Part shown: in pieces, positions 9,720 to 20,583 of the stretch | How the letters are laid out: every line of letters begins with the position of its first letter | How positions within the stretch are numbered: position 1 is the first letter of the stretch | From: an uncultured Clostridia bacterium | Lineage (GTDB): Bacteria; Bacillota; Clostridia; TANB77; CAG-508 | Assembly: GCA_934121905.1 (NCBI GenBank) | Contig: CAKOVI010000009.1 | Location: 3,986 to 67,985 of the forward strand | DNA: 64,000 nucleotides | Direction of reading: 5' to 3' | The notes under the pieces: model-generated | Database searches by the model: none | What the model was told of the DNA's origin: nothing | Seen by the model: the letters and a program-made list of their open reading frames with translations, nothing else | Made by a program: the position numbers and the translations under genes

Positions 9720-10811
9720 TTATACATTGAATTTGAACAATACTATGTCTCCTTCTTGCATAATATATTCTTTTCCTTCTTGCCTAACTAAACCTTTTTC
9801 TCTTGCTTGTACCATCGAACCTTCTTTTATTAAATCATTATATGATATTACTTCTGCTTTTATGAATCCTCTTTCTATATCTGAATGTATTTTTCCAGCT
9901 GCCTGTGGAGCTTTTGTTCCTTTTTTTATTGTCCATGCTCTTACTTCTGGCTCTCCTGCTGTTAAAAATGACATTAATCCTAATAAATCATAACTTTTTT
10001 TTATTAGTCTATCTAGTCCTGATTCTTCTAAACCTAATGCTTCTAGCATTTCTTTTTTGTCACTATCTTCAAGTGTTGATAATTCTTCTTCTATTTTTAC
10101 ACATAATGGAATTACTTCTGCTTTTTCTTTTTGTGCATATTCTTTTACTTTTTTTACGTTGTCATCTTTTTCGGCATCTGATAATTGTTCTTCAGATACA
10201 TTTGCTATATATATTATAGGTTTTGTTGTCAATAGAAACATTTCTTTTAATAATGCTTTTTCATCATCATTATATTCTAGTTGTCTTGCTGGATTTCCAT
10301 TTTCTAAACCTGTTTTTATTTTTTCTAGTAAGTCTATTTCTGCTTGATATTTTTTATCTGCTTTTAACATTTTTTTTGCTTTTTCTAGTCTTTTATCTAC
10401 TGTTTCTATATCTGCAAATATTAATTCTAAGTTTATTGTTTCTATGTCTCTTATTGGGTCCACACTTCCATCTACGTGTACTACATTTGAGTCTTCAAAA
10501 CATCTTACTACTTCACATATTGCATCTGTTTCTCTTATATGTGATAAGAATTTATTTCCAAGTCCTTCTCCTTTACTCGCTCCTTTTACTAGTCCTGCAA
10601 TGTCTACAAATTCTACTACTGCTGGTGTTATTTTTTTTGTGTTATACATTTGAGCTAGTTTTGGTAATCTTTCATCTGGTACTGCTACTATTCCAACATT
10701 TGGCTCTATTGTGCAAAATGGATAATTTGCGGATTCTGCACCTGCTTTTGTTATACTATTAAATAATGTACTTTTTCCTACATTTGGAAGTCCTACTATT
10801 CCTATTTTCAT
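9720..10811 (-). CDS. ychF: Redox-regulated ribosome-binding ATPase YchF
   Basis: MKIGIVGLPNVGKSTLFN G1 motif, 363 aa, and a TGS-like C-terminus. This is the YchF/OLA1 family. Confidence 0.93.
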   Translation of the reverse strand: MKIGIVGLPNVGKSTLFNSITKAGAESANYPFCTIEPNVGIVAVPDERLPKLAQMYNTKKITPAVVEFVDIAGLVKGASKGEGLGNKFLSHIRETDAICEVVRCFEDSNVVHVDGSVDPIRDIETINLELIFADIETVDKRLEKAKKMLKADKKYQAEIDLLEKIKTGLENGNPARQLEYNDDEKALLKEMFLLTTKPIIYIANVSEEQLSDAEKDDNVKKVKEYAQKEKAEVIPLCVKIEEELSTLEDSDKKEMLEALGLEESGLDRLIKKSYDLLGLMSFLTAGEPEVRAWTIKKGTKAPQAAGKIHSDIERGFIKAEVISYNDLIKEGSMVQAREKGLVRQEGKEYIMQEGDIVLFKFNV

Positions 10812-10837
10812 TGTTTGTCCCTTTCTTTTTTTATTTT

Positions 10838-10913
10838 TGGAGCTTCCAACGGGAATTGAACCCGTGACCTCAGCCTTACCAAGGCTGCACTCTACCTACT
10901 GAGCTATAGAAGC
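10838..10913 (-). tRNA. tRNA-Thr (anticodon GGU), with CCA encoded
   Basis: Minus-strand sequence GCTTCTATAGCTCAGTAGGTAGAGTGCAGCCTTGGTAAGGCTGAGGTCACGGGTTCAATTCCCGTTGGAAGCTCCA folds as a cloverleaf. The 7-bp acceptor stem has two G-U pairs. Anticodon loop is TTGGTAA, T-loop is TTCAATT. Confidence 0.9.
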
Positions 10914-11010
10914 AAATATACCTATTATTATATAGCACATATCCTAAAAAATCAAGAGGTAGTTTGACTTTTTACGTGAAAAAGAGATATATAAAATATC
11001 TCTTTTATTA

Positions 11011-11349
11011 CTATATCTCCTTCCAAAACCAATCTAAACTGTTGTCTATACTTTTTATATTATTCTTCTTTGCTTCCAAATCGTCAACCCATAAATATGA
11101 AAAGAATGTAACTAATATAAATAGGAAATCAATTGCTAGGCACTTATACAAAGTACTTGCCAAATAAGCATACTCTGTTGATAATGTAGATACTTGTACA
11201 ACATGAATTATTAATAATGCTAAAAAAGATATCAATGGTACCACAGCTACTGAACTTCTTTTTATTTCTTGTCCAAGAAATATTAATAATGATGTTGCCA
11301 AAACAACTAATAGCAATGTTAACGGATTAGTTAAATCAAATATAAACAT
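11011..11349 (-). CDS. Small integral membrane protein (3-4 TM), function unknown
   Basis: 112-aa hydrophobic ORF located in a real intergenic gap. Confidence 0.5.
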   Translation of the reverse strand: MFIFDLTNPLTLLLVVLATSLLIFLGQEIKRSSVAVVPLISFLALLIIHVVQVSTLSTEYAYLASTLYKCLAIDFLFILVTFFSYLWVDDLEAKKNNIKSIDNSLDWFWKEI

Positions 11350-11479
11350 GAATCTTCCCCCTATCTTTTGTTTATTAAATAGTAATCTTATTTAAGTTTA
11401 TAATATCATTATTATTAAATTTTTTCAACCTTTTTTTTATTACGTTTATATTACTTTTATGTTTCAAAATAATTACATT

Positions 11480-12421
11480 TTATAACTTAAGACCATCTAT
11501 AGTTTCTCTAATTATTTTACAACTATTATCAAATTTTGCTTGGTCTACTTCATTTAATGGTAACTCTAAAATTTCTCTAACTCCTTTTGATGTTATAATT
11601 GCTGGAACTCCCACATATATGTCTTTATGTCCATATTCGCCATCTAAATAAGTTGAAACTGTAAGTATTGATTGTTCATCATTTAATATTGCTTTTACAA
11701 GTCTTGTTAATGCCACACCTATTCCATAATATGTTGCTTTTTTCTTTTCAATTATTTCATATGCAGCATTTTTTACATCTTCTCTAATTTGTTCTAAGTT
11801 TTGTAACGATTGATGTCTTGCTTTTGCAATATCTGTTAATTTTTTACATCCAACATAACAATGTTCCCATGGTACAAATGAAGAATCTCCATGTTCTCCC
11901 ATTACATATGCATGTGTATTTTTGGGACTTACTTTTAATCTTTCTCCTAATAAATATCTTAATCTTGCAGTATCAAGCATAGTTCCAGAGCCTATTACTC
12001 TTCCTGCTGGAAGTCCAGATACTTTTTGTACCACATATGTCATTATATCAACAGGATTACTTGCCACTACAAATACTCCTTTAAATCCTGATGCCATAAC
12101 ATTTTCTACAACTGACTTCATTATTTTGCTATTTGTATCTACAAGTTCTAGTCTTGTTTGACCTCCTTGTTTTTGTGCTATTCCAGCTGTTATTACTACT
12201 ATGTTTGCATCTTTGCATTCATCATATTCACCATATTTTATTTCCATTTTTGATGGTGCATAAGCTATTCCATGTGCTAAATCTAATGCTTCTCCTTGTG
12301 CTTTTTCTTTTAGTACATCTATTAGTACTAATTCATTTGCTCCTCCTTGATTGAATAGTGAGTATGCAAAACTCATTCCTACAAATCCTGTTCCTACTAG
12401 AACTACTTTTCTTTTTTCCAT
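11480..12421 (-). CDS. ldh: L-lactate dehydrogenase
   Basis: N-terminus KVVLVGTGFVGMSFAYSL is a Rossmann fold. GEHGDS and the catalytic His region match the LDH family. Confidence 0.92.
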   Translation of the reverse strand: MEKRKVVLVGTGFVGMSFAYSLFNQGGANELVLIDVLKEKAQGEALDLAHGIAYAPSKMEIKYGEYDECKDANIVVITAGIAQKQGGQTRLELVDTNSKIMKSVVENVMASGFKGVFVVASNPVDIMTYVVQKVSGLPAGRVIGSGTMLDTARLRYLLGERLKVSPKNTHAYVMGEHGDSSFVPWEHCYVGCKKLTDIAKARHQSLQNLEQIREDVKNAAYEIIEKKKATYYGIGVALTRLVKAILNDEQSILTVSTYLDGEYGHKDIYVGVPAIITSKGVREILELPLNEVDQAKFDNSCKIIRETIDGLKL

Positions 12422-12441
12422 AATAAAACTTCCTTTCTTTT

Positions 12442-12532
12442 GCCCAAATAGGACCGGGTCTTTTTTGTCCCATTTTTAATATTAAAATAATTTTATTTCA
12501 ATGGGACAAAAAAGACCCGGTCCCATTTGGGC
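12442..12532. repeat. MITE-like palindromic repeat, copy 4
   Basis: GCCCAAATAGGACCGGGTCTTTTTTGTCCC ... GGGACAAAAAAGACCCGGTCCCATTTGGGC, located between ldh and argS. Confidence 0.85.
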
Positions 12533-12553
12533 GACATTGACACATTTGAGTAA

Positions 12554-14263
12554 TTACATCTTATCAGGCATTTCCATTCCCAATAATCCTGCTCCTTGTT
12601 TTAAAACAACTCCCACACAATATGTTAAATAAACTCTAGCATCTTGAAGAGACTTATTTTCATTAATAATTTTATTTTCATTATAAAATGAACTATAAGC
12701 TTTCGCCAAATCAATTAAATATCTTGCTAAAATTGAAGGTTCATTTTTATCTACTACCTGTTTTAAAGTATCTCCAAAATTATAAATTATATTTATCAAT
12801 CTTAAAGAATATTCGTCTTTCAAGTTTTCAAAATCTATATCTTTTAAATCAGGTACATTTCCTGCCTTTTCCAAAACACTTTTTGTTCTAACATAAGTAT
12901 ATTGAATATAAGGTCCTGTTTCTCCTTGGAAATTTAGTACTTCGTCCCAATCAAAAACTTGGTCTTTTATTCTGTTTGTTGCTAAATTGTTAAATACAAC
13001 TGCACCAATTCCAACTTTTTTTGCAACTACTTCTTTGTTTTCCAAGTTAGGGTCTTTTTCTTCTATTATTTTCTGAACCCTTGAAATTGCCTCATTTAGT
13101 AAATCTTCAAGCTTTACAACTGTTCCTTCTCTTGTTGACATTTTTCCTGATTTTAATCTTACCATTCCATATGATACATGCTCTAGACCTTTTAAATATT
13201 TTTCATCTAGTCCTAGATATTTAGCTGCTCCAAATATTTGTCTAAAATGTAAGTCTTGCTCATATGCAACTACATATAAACATTTATCAAAATCATATGT
13301 TCTTGCTCTATAAAGTACTGCTGCTAAGTCCCTTGTATCGTATGTTGTAGAACCATTTGATTTTACAACCATACATGGTGTATTTATTCCTTGGTCTTCC
13401 AAATCTACTATTTTAGCCCCATTTGATTCTATCAAATGTCCAGATTTTTGTAAAATATCAATTACTTCTGGCATTTTATCTGTATAAAAAGCTTCTCCAT
13501 TCCATGAATCAAATGTTGTCCCTAGCATATCATATATTCTTTGAAATTCCTTTAAACTTAAATCTTTAAACCTATTCCAAATATCTAAACAATATTCATC
13601 ATTATTTTCAAGTTTTCTAAAATTTTCCCTACATGCATTTAATACATTTTCATCTTCCTTGCAAAGATTATTTATTCTTACATATAGGTCTAACATATCA
13701 TCAATCGGATGTTCATCGAAACTATATTCATTTCCCCATAATTTATAGCCTTCTATCATTTTACCAAACTGTGTTCCATAATCTCCAAGATGGTTTATCC
13801 CTGTTACATTATATCCTAAATATTTATAGATATTGTAAAGTGCTTGACCAATTCCTGTTGTCCTTAAATGCCCTATATGAAAAGGTTTTGCAATGTTTGG
13901 AGAAGAATATTCTACTATTATATTTTTATCTTTTCCTATTTCAGATTTTCCGTATTCTTTATTTTGTGAAACCTCTTCTAAAACTGTTTTTATTTTTATT
14001 TCTTTATTTACAAAAAAGTTTAAGTATCCACCTGCTATTTCTACTTTTGTAATGATGTTTTCATCAAAATTCAACTTTTCTTTTATTTCATTTGCAATTA
14101 CAGGAGGTGCTTTTCTTAATGTTTTTGCAAGTCTGAAACACGGAAAAGCATAATCTCCGTTATTTATATCTTTTGGAATTTCTATATATGATGCTAATTC
14201 CTCTTTTGGTACAGACATTGCTTTTGAAATTTCTTCTGCAATTATTTGTTTAAAATCTATCAT
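12554..14263 (-). CDS. argS: Arginine--tRNA ligase
   Basis: 569 aa. Class I HIGH motif (PNIAKPFHIGHLR), a DALR anticodon-binding C-terminus, and an Arg_tRNA_synt_N N-terminus. Confidence 0.93.
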   Translation of the reverse strand: MIDFKQIIAEEISKAMSVPKEELASYIEIPKDINNGDYAFPCFRLAKTLRKAPPVIANEIKEKLNFDENIITKVEIAGGYLNFFVNKEIKIKTVLEEVSQNKEYGKSEIGKDKNIIVEYSSPNIAKPFHIGHLRTTGIGQALYNIYKYLGYNVTGINHLGDYGTQFGKMIEGYKLWGNEYSFDEHPIDDMLDLYVRINNLCKEDENVLNACRENFRKLENNDEYCLDIWNRFKDLSLKEFQRIYDMLGTTFDSWNGEAFYTDKMPEVIDILQKSGHLIESNGAKIVDLEDQGINTPCMVVKSNGSTTYDTRDLAAVLYRARTYDFDKCLYVVAYEQDLHFRQIFGAAKYLGLDEKYLKGLEHVSYGMVRLKSGKMSTREGTVVKLEDLLNEAISRVQKIIEEKDPNLENKEVVAKKVGIGAVVFNNLATNRIKDQVFDWDEVLNFQGETGPYIQYTYVRTKSVLEKAGNVPDLKDIDFENLKDEYSLRLINIIYNFGDTLKQVVDKNEPSILARYLIDLAKAYSSFYNENKIINENKSLQDARVYLTYCVGVVLKQGAGLLGMEMPDKM

Positions 14264-14274
14264 TTTTTCACGTC

Positions 14275-15282
14275 CTATTCTTCAAAATAATCTAACTTCA
14301 TTGCCTCTTTAACTCTTTTCATAGTTTTAGCAGCTTCTTTTCTTGCTTTTTCAGTTCCTTCTTTTAAAACCTTGTCTATTATTTCTGGATGTTGTTCCAA
14401 ATATTCTCTTTTTTCTCTCATAGGTCTTAAAAATTCAGCAGTATTTTTAGCTAATTGCTTTTTACATGCAACACATCCTCTTTTTCCCGCTCTACATTCC
14501 TCGCAAACCGCCTTGCATTCTTCCTCAGAACTAAATAATTTGTGATAATATGAAACCATACAAACATCTGGATTTCCTTTATCATCTTTTCTTATTCTAT
14601 TTGGGTCAGTTACAGCACTCATAACTTTTTTAGTTATTTCTTCTTCACTATCAGAAATATATATAGCATTTCCTAAAGATTTTCCCATTTTTTCATTTCC
14701 GTCTAAGCCTTTAATTCTTCTATTTTGCGATAAATATATCTCTGGCTCTTTTAATACATCTCCATATATAGAATTAAATTTTCTTACAATTTCTCTACAT
14801 TGTTCTATCAATGGTTCTTGGTCTTCTCCTGCTGGTACTATTTCTCCATTTAATACTGTAATATCTGCTGCTTGACTTACCGGGTATCCTAAAAATCCAT
14901 ATGTTACACTTTCTCCAAATAAATCCTTTTTTTGTGCTATTTCTGTTTTTACAGTTGGATTTCTTTGTAGTCTTGAAATTGTAACTAGGTTTGAATAGAA
15001 TACTGTAAGTTCTGCCGTTTCCGGAATCATTGATTGTATATATATTGTTGCCTTTTCAGGGTCTATTCCACATGATAAATAGTCTATTACAAGTTCTCTT
15101 ACATTTTTTCTTACTTTATCTGGATTGTTGAAATTGTCTGTTAATGCCTGTACATCTGCAACAAGTATGTATGTTTCATATTCGTCTTGTAATTTTACTC
15201 TATTTACTAATGAACCAAAGTAGTGTCCAATATGTAGTCTTCCTGTTGGTCTATCTCCTGTTACTATTCTTTTTTTCTCCAT
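14275..15282 (-). CDS. trpS: Tryptophan--tRNA ligase
   Basis: 335 aa. TGDRPTGRLHIGHY HIGH region and KMGKS (KMSKS-type) motif. Confidence 0.93.
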   Translation of the reverse strand: MEKKRIVTGDRPTGRLHIGHYFGSLVNRVKLQDEYETYILVADVQALTDNFNNPDKVRKNVRELVIDYLSCGIDPEKATIYIQSMIPETAELTVFYSNLVTISRLQRNPTVKTEIAQKKDLFGESVTYGFLGYPVSQAADITVLNGEIVPAGEDQEPLIEQCREIVRKFNSIYGDVLKEPEIYLSQNRRIKGLDGNEKMGKSLGNAIYISDSEEEITKKVMSAVTDPNRIRKDDKGNPDVCMVSYYHKLFSSEEECKAVCEECRAGKRGCVACKKQLAKNTAEFLRPMREKREYLEQHPEIIDKVLKEGTEKARKEAAKTMKRVKEAMKLDYFEE

Positions 15283-15295
15283 TTTTCCTCCTTTT

Positions 15296-15368
15296 TTTCG
15301 TATTGGGGACGGTTCTTTTCGCGAAATGAAACAATCTTTTCGCGAAAAGAAACGGTCCCAATACGAAA
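15296..15368. repeat. MITE-like palindromic repeat, copy 5 (TTTCGTATTGGGGACGGTTCTTTTCGCGAAA ... TTTCGCGAAAAGAAACGGTCCCAATACGAAA)
   Basis: Fills the cysS-trpS intergenic spacer almost exactly. Confidence 0.85.
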
Positions 15369-15371
15369 TTT

Positions 15372-16754
15372 CTAATGTTCCAATTTATAACCATCTTTAC
15401 TATCTTTTATACTATAACCTAAAGCCAAAATCTCATCTCTAAGCCTATCTGACTCTGCCCAATTCTTCTCTTGCCTTGCCTTCAATCTTTCCTCTGCAAG
15501 CCTAACAACCTCTTCTGGTATTTCATCTCGAACCTCATTTTTCTTATCCAAACTCAAAGCCAAAACAGTATCAAATTTGCTCAAAAGCTCAGCTAATCTC
15601 TTAGACTTCTTAGGATTTTTCACAACATCCCAAACTACACTCATAGCAAGTGGCATATTTAAGTCGTCATTTATAGCCTTATGAAAAGCTTCTTCATATT
15701 TTGCAATTTCTTCATCTGATATATCTTCATTTCCTTCAAGATGTTTTTGATATCCTGCTCTTAACTTATCTAAAGCCTTTTGACTTGCCTCAATTCCATC
15801 CCAAGTAAAGTTCAACTTTGTTCTATAACTGCTTGAAAATGTAAACAATCTGTAAGTTAGAGGGTCATATCCCCTTTCAATTATATCTTTTAATAAATAA
15901 ACATTATTTAAGCTTTTCGACATTTTTCCGCCATTTATTAATAAATATTCACCATGTATCCAGAATTTAGCAGGTATTTTTCCGCAAGCACCTTTGCTTT
16001 GTGCAATTTCGTTTTCGTGGTGTGTTGGGATTAGGTCAATTCCTCCTGTATGTATGTCAAATTGTTCACCTAAATATTTTTGCCCCATTGCAGAACATTC
16101 TATGTGCCAGCCTGGATATGATAATCCCCAAGGGCTTTCCCATTTCATTATGTGGTTTGGTTTTGCTTTTATCCATAATGCAAAATCATATGGGTTTCTT
16201 TTTTCTGTATCTACATCAACTCTTGCTCCTGCTTTTTGGTCTTCTAGTTTTATTCCAGATAATATTCCATATTCATCTAGTTTTGATACATCGAAATATA
16301 TTGCTGTTGAAGTTTCATACGCATAACCGTTTTCTAATAATTTTTGAACATATTTTATCATTTCTCCTATATGGTCTGTTGCCTTACATACTACTTCTGG
16401 TGTTTCTACATTTAGTTTTGCTAGGTCATCCATAAATAATTTTGTATAATAAGCAGCAATTTCATAAGGGGATTTTTGCATTTCTCTTGCTGATTTTAAC
16501 ATTTTGTCTTCTCCCTCATCTGCATCTGATACTAAATGTCCTACATCTGTTATGTTCATTGCGTGTTTTATTTTATACCCATTATATTTTAGTACTCTTC
16601 TTATTATGTCATTCATTATGTATGTTCTCATATTCCCAATTGAAGCATCTTTATAGACTGTTGGTCCACACGAGTACATTCTAACTTCTTCTTTATTTAT
16701 AGGTTCGAATTTGTCTTTTGATTTTGTTAAAGTGTTGTAAAAATATATGTCCAT
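15372..16754 (-). CDS. cysS: Cysteine--tRNA ligase
   Basis: 460 aa. CGPTVYKDASIGNMRTY HIGH-type region, KMSKSLNN motif, and zinc-binding Cys residues. Confidence 0.93.
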   Translation of the reverse strand: MDIYFYNTLTKSKDKFEPINKEEVRMYSCGPTVYKDASIGNMRTYIMNDIIRRVLKYNGYKIKHAMNITDVGHLVSDADEGEDKMLKSAREMQKSPYEIAAYYTKLFMDDLAKLNVETPEVVCKATDHIGEMIKYVQKLLENGYAYETSTAIYFDVSKLDEYGILSGIKLEDQKAGARVDVDTEKRNPYDFALWIKAKPNHIMKWESPWGLSYPGWHIECSAMGQKYLGEQFDIHTGGIDLIPTHHENEIAQSKGACGKIPAKFWIHGEYLLINGGKMSKSLNNVYLLKDIIERGYDPLTYRLFTFSSSYRTKLNFTWDGIEASQKALDKLRAGYQKHLEGNEDISDEEIAKYEEAFHKAINDDLNMPLAMSVVWDVVKNPKKSKRLAELLSKFDTVLALSLDKKNEVRDEIPEEVVRLAEERLKARQEKNWAESDRLRDEILALGYSIKDSKDGYKLEH

Positions 16755-16820
16755 TTTTTATCACTTCCTTTTTAGTTTATTAGGATACAGCAATCTTAAA
16801 GCTGTATCCTATTAAATATT

Positions 16821-19532
16821 TTACTCACTTACTGTTTCTGGAGTATCTGTCGAATTTGAAGGTGGCTCTGGTGTTGTATTTGATGGAGTTGTATTTGTTT
16901 GTGTATTGTCTTTTCCAGCATCTGTATTTGGTTTTTCAGCAGATGGTGTTTCTTTTGCATTTACAGTTATTGTTCTTGTTTTTGTAACTGTTTTTCCACT
17001 AGAATTTTTTACTGAATATGTTATTGTATATTTTCCTGCTTTTGATGTATTTACAGATCCTGATATAGCTATTTTGCTTGATATATCTCCATCTTTATCG
17101 TCTTTTGCTGTTGCTCCAAGTTCGGTGTATGTTTCTCCAACATTTATTGTAATATGTGCTTCTCCGTTTAATGTAATTACTGGCTCATTATTTGCATGAG
17201 ATGTACTTCCAGTATTTTGTGCATTATGAACATTACAGTATGTCGATGGTGGATTTGTTGATGATGCACCTGTGGTTTTCCATAATCCCATCTTTTCTTT
17301 GTCTACTGTATATGAATAGTATTTTGTTATTTTATTTGGACAGTATTCATTTGCTTTTAGTCCAGTTTCACTACATATCTGTGTAGCATTTGTATGCCCA
17401 TCACATTCGTCTGGAACTTTTCCTTCTACAAATACTTCTTGATATGTATCTGAACATTTACTTGTTGCTTTTTTTCCTGATGTTCTACATATAGTTTCTG
17501 TAACAACTCCTGATGGTTGTTCGAATTTAGATGATTCTTTTCCTTCATGTACTTTTGTCATAACAGCATCCCATATTTTTCCTGCTACATTTGTTGAACC
17601 TGTAACTTCTTCGTTTTGATCAAATCCATACCAAGTAGCTGCTGTGTAATAATTTGAGAATCCGCATAACCATTTATCGTAATTTTTGTTGGTTGTTCCT
17701 GTTTTTGCAGCTACATCTATTCCTGATATTTTACAGTATTTTGCTGTACCTCCACTGTCTTCTACAACTGATTTTAATAGATTTTTTATTACATATGCTG
17801 CTTGCTGTGAAATTACTTCTTCGCTTGTTTGTTTGCCTTCTAATACTGTATTTCCATCTGGGTCTGTGACTTTTGTATAAAACATTGGCCTTCTATATGT
17901 TCCATTATTGGCGATTGTTGCATATGCTCCTGTCATTTCAAGTGGTGTGATTCCGTTTGTGAATCCTCCTATAGATATAGCTGCCAAGCTTGCTTTATCT
18001 TGTTCTGTAAGGCTTGTTACTCCCATTTTTTCTAAATATTCTGCTGATTTTGCTGGTGTTAATTCATCTACTACTTTTATAAATGGTATGTTTTGAGATG
18101 TTGTTATAGCACTTCTAACTGTTATTAATCCTTTAAATGCATTATAATCTTTAGGTGTCCAGCCTTTTATTCCAAAGTCTGTTGAATTATCATCATAAAT
18201 TGTTGCTGGTGTAATAACCCCTTCATTTATTCCTGGTACAAGTGAGGTTAATGGTTTTATTGAAGAACCTGTTTGTCTTGGACTTTGTGTTGCTCTATTT
18301 AGTCCTCTTGATTCGTTTTTTTCTCCTAGTCCTCCTTCTACTCCTACTACATAGCCATTTGAATTATCTATTATAACCATTGCAGATTGTGATGTTTCAC
18401 CTTCTGTTTTTTTAGATTTTCTTATATAATCTTTGCTCTTATTTACCATAACTTCATCCATTTTTGATTGAAGTGCTGTATCTTGTGTTGAATATATTGT
18501 AAGACCACTACTATATACATATGTAGATGCTAAACTTTTTGAAATTCCTTTTTCTTTAGCTATATCTTCTATAACTTGAGATATTGTTGCATCTGTATGG
18601 TATGAGTAAACTGAACCTGTATTTGCTGCTTTTTGGAAATTTAGTCCTTCATCTACTTTTTTTACTGCTTCATCATATTCTGTTTTTTCTACCATTCCTA
18701 GTTCATTCATCTTTTTAAGTACTGTTTTTGTTCTATTTTTTATTTTCTCTGAATTATCTTTTTCTCCATATGGATTATATGAGTTTGGTGAATTGTTAAT
18801 TCCTGCTAAAAATGCACATTCTGCCAAGTCTAGGTCTGCTGCTGATTTATTGAAGTAGTATTCTGCACCTACTTCTACTCCTAAATTGTTGCTTCCTCCA
18901 ACAAATATTATGTTTAAATATAGTTCAAGGATTTGGTCTTTTGAAAGCATTCTTTCTATTTGATATGCTTTTGCCCATTCTTTTACTTTTCTTAGTACTC
19001 CTTCTGCTCCTGATCTTTCATCATCTTTTGTTATATTTTTTACTAATTGTTGTGTGATTGTACTTCCTCCGAATGATGATTTTCCTGCATGTAGGACATA
19101 TTGTACCACTGCTGCCCCTGTTCTTTTAAAGTCTACTCCGCTATGTTTATAAAATCTTTCATCTTCTATTGCTACATAGGCATTTTTTAAGTTTTTTGGC
19201 ATTTGGTCTAATTTTATTATTTTCCTGTTTTCGTCTCCACTTAGTTCTGCAAGTTTGTTGCCATCTTTGTCAAGTATTACTGAGTTTGAGGAACCTATAA
19301 CTAGCTCTTCTTTTGTTATTTCGAAGTCATCTCCCCATCCTCCATATATCATTCCAACTACTACTCCTGTTGCTATTACTGCTATTATAAGGATAAGTAG
19401 TAGTAAAATTCTAAGTGCTATTGTAATTTTGGGATGTTTTTGAGAAAATTTTATTTTTTCTGCTTTTATTAGTCCGTTTTTACTGCCTTTTTTATTTTTC
19501 TTGTTTGTTTTATTGCTTTTTTTATTGCTCAT
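16821..19532 (-). CDS. Penicillin-binding protein 1A family. Bifunctional transglycosylase/transpeptidase with a C-terminal Ig-like domain and an S/T/P-rich tail.
   Basis: 903 aa. N-terminal TM helix, a GT51 region (ED...RFYKHSGVD; GGSTITQQL), and a transpeptidase SxxK/SxN/KTG region (KTGTT). The C-terminus carries an Ig-like GDISSKIAISG...TITV domain and a low-complexity tail. Confidence 0.9.
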   Translation of the reverse strand: MSNKKSNKTNKKNKKGSKNGLIKAEKIKFSQKHPKITIALRILLLLILIIAVIATGVVVGMIYGGWGDDFEITKEELVIGSSNSVILDKDGNKLAELSGDENRKIIKLDQMPKNLKNAYVAIEDERFYKHSGVDFKRTGAAVVQYVLHAGKSSFGGSTITQQLVKNITKDDERSGAEGVLRKVKEWAKAYQIERMLSKDQILELYLNIIFVGGSNNLGVEVGAEYYFNKSAADLDLAECAFLAGINNSPNSYNPYGEKDNSEKIKNRTKTVLKKMNELGMVEKTEYDEAVKKVDEGLNFQKAANTGSVYSYHTDATISQVIEDIAKEKGISKSLASTYVYSSGLTIYSTQDTALQSKMDEVMVNKSKDYIRKSKKTEGETSQSAMVIIDNSNGYVVGVEGGLGEKNESRGLNRATQSPRQTGSSIKPLTSLVPGINEGVITPATIYDDNSTDFGIKGWTPKDYNAFKGLITVRSAITTSQNIPFIKVVDELTPAKSAEYLEKMGVTSLTEQDKASLAAISIGGFTNGITPLEMTGAYATIANNGTYRRPMFYTKVTDPDGNTVLEGKQTSEEVISQQAAYVIKNLLKSVVEDSGGTAKYCKISGIDVAAKTGTTNKNYDKWLCGFSNYYTAATWYGFDQNEEVTGSTNVAGKIWDAVMTKVHEGKESSKFEQPSGVVTETICRTSGKKATSKCSDTYQEVFVEGKVPDECDGHTNATQICSETGLKANEYCPNKITKYYSYTVDKEKMGLWKTTGASSTNPPSTYCNVHNAQNTGSTSHANNEPVITLNGEAHITINVGETYTELGATAKDDKDGDISSKIAISGSVNTSKAGKYTITYSVKNSSGKTVTKTRTITVNAKETPSAEKPNTDAGKDNTQTNTTPSNTTPEPPSNSTDTPETVSE

Positions 19533-19689
19533 ATTCTTGTTATATGTCAGTTTTCTCTGGCATATTCCTCCCTTCTTTTTGGTGAACCTAAAAATGCTCG
19601 AATTTTAGCATTTTCTAGGTTTTTGAGTGTCCTTTTTTAGACGTTTATATTATATTATAGTTTGGTGGAAATTGCAAGAGGGAAATGGA

Positions 19690-19730
19690 AAAAGATACAG
19701 TATTATGTTTACTGTATCTTTTATATTTTT
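19690..19730 (-). terminator. Rho-independent terminator at the end of the fab operon (AAAGATACAGTA...ACTGTATCTTT with a T-run)
   Basis: Hairpin and U-run immediately downstream of the fabI stop. Confidence 0.55.
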
Positions 19731-19788
19731 CTATGTGGATTCACTTTTTTGTTTGACATCGAATATTGTATGTAATCATTTTTTATTT

Positions 19789-20565
19789 TTAAATATTTCC
19801 CATAATATTATAACCATTATCTGAAAAAATAATTTGACCTGTAATAGAATCACTCATTTTACTTAATAGAAATGAAACCACATTACCAACTTGATAAGTA
19901 GTGACATTCTTATGTAGTGGTGCTTTTTCCTCAACTACCTTTAAAATACTTCCAAAATCCTTAATCCCTTTTGCAGATAAAGTCTTAATTGGACCAGCAG
20001 AAACTCCGTTTACCCTGATTCCATCTTTGCCTAAATTATTTGCCAAATATCTAATACTTGCCTCTAAAGCTGCTTTTGCGACCCCCATAACATTATATCC
20101 TTCTAGAACCTTAGTAGAACCATAATAAGTAAGTGCAACTAAGCTTGCATTTTCATTTATCATATCTAATTCTTTAGCAATCCTTGATGCTAAAACAAAC
20201 GAATAACTGCTTACTTCTACCGCATGAGTATATCCATCCTTACTTGTTTTAATGAAATCATTGTGTAAATCTTCTGTAAATGCATGTGCAATACAATGCA
20301 CAATTCCATCTATCTTTCCATTTTCTTCTTTTATTTTAGTAAATGTTTCCTTTACTAATTCATCACTAGATGCATCTTTCAAAACATATGCTTGGCTTCC
20401 CTCAAATTCAGATATAAGCGATTCTGTTTTTTCCTTATTTTCTTCATTTGTATATGTAAAAATAAGTTTTGCACCATTTTCATAAGCAGATTTTGCTATA
20501 CCATAGGCTATGCTCCATTTATTTCTTATACCCATTATTAATATTTTTTTATTTTCTAATAACAT
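19789..20565 (-). CDS. fabI: Enoyl-[acyl-carrier-protein] reductase (NADH) FabI. Real start is MLLENKKILIMG; the longer ORF call is an artefact of reading into the repeat.
   Basis: Rossmann N-terminus and YxxMxxxK-type active-site region (YNVMGVAKAALEA). AGGA SD before the ATG at 20565. Confidence 0.88.
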   Translation of the reverse strand: MLLENKKILIMGIRNKWSIAYGIAKSAYENGAKLIFTYTNEENKEKTESLISEFEGSQAYVLKDASSDELVKETFTKIKEENGKIDGIVHCIAHAFTEDLHNDFIKTSKDGYTHAVEVSSYSFVLASRIAKELDMINENASLVALTYYGSTKVLEGYNVMGVAKAALEASIRYLANNLGKDGIRVNGVSAGPIKTLSAKGIKDFGSILKVVEEKAPLHKNVTTYQVGNVVSFLLSKMSDSITGQIIFSDNGYNIMGNI

Positions 20566-20583
20566 ATTTCTCATCCTTTCGCC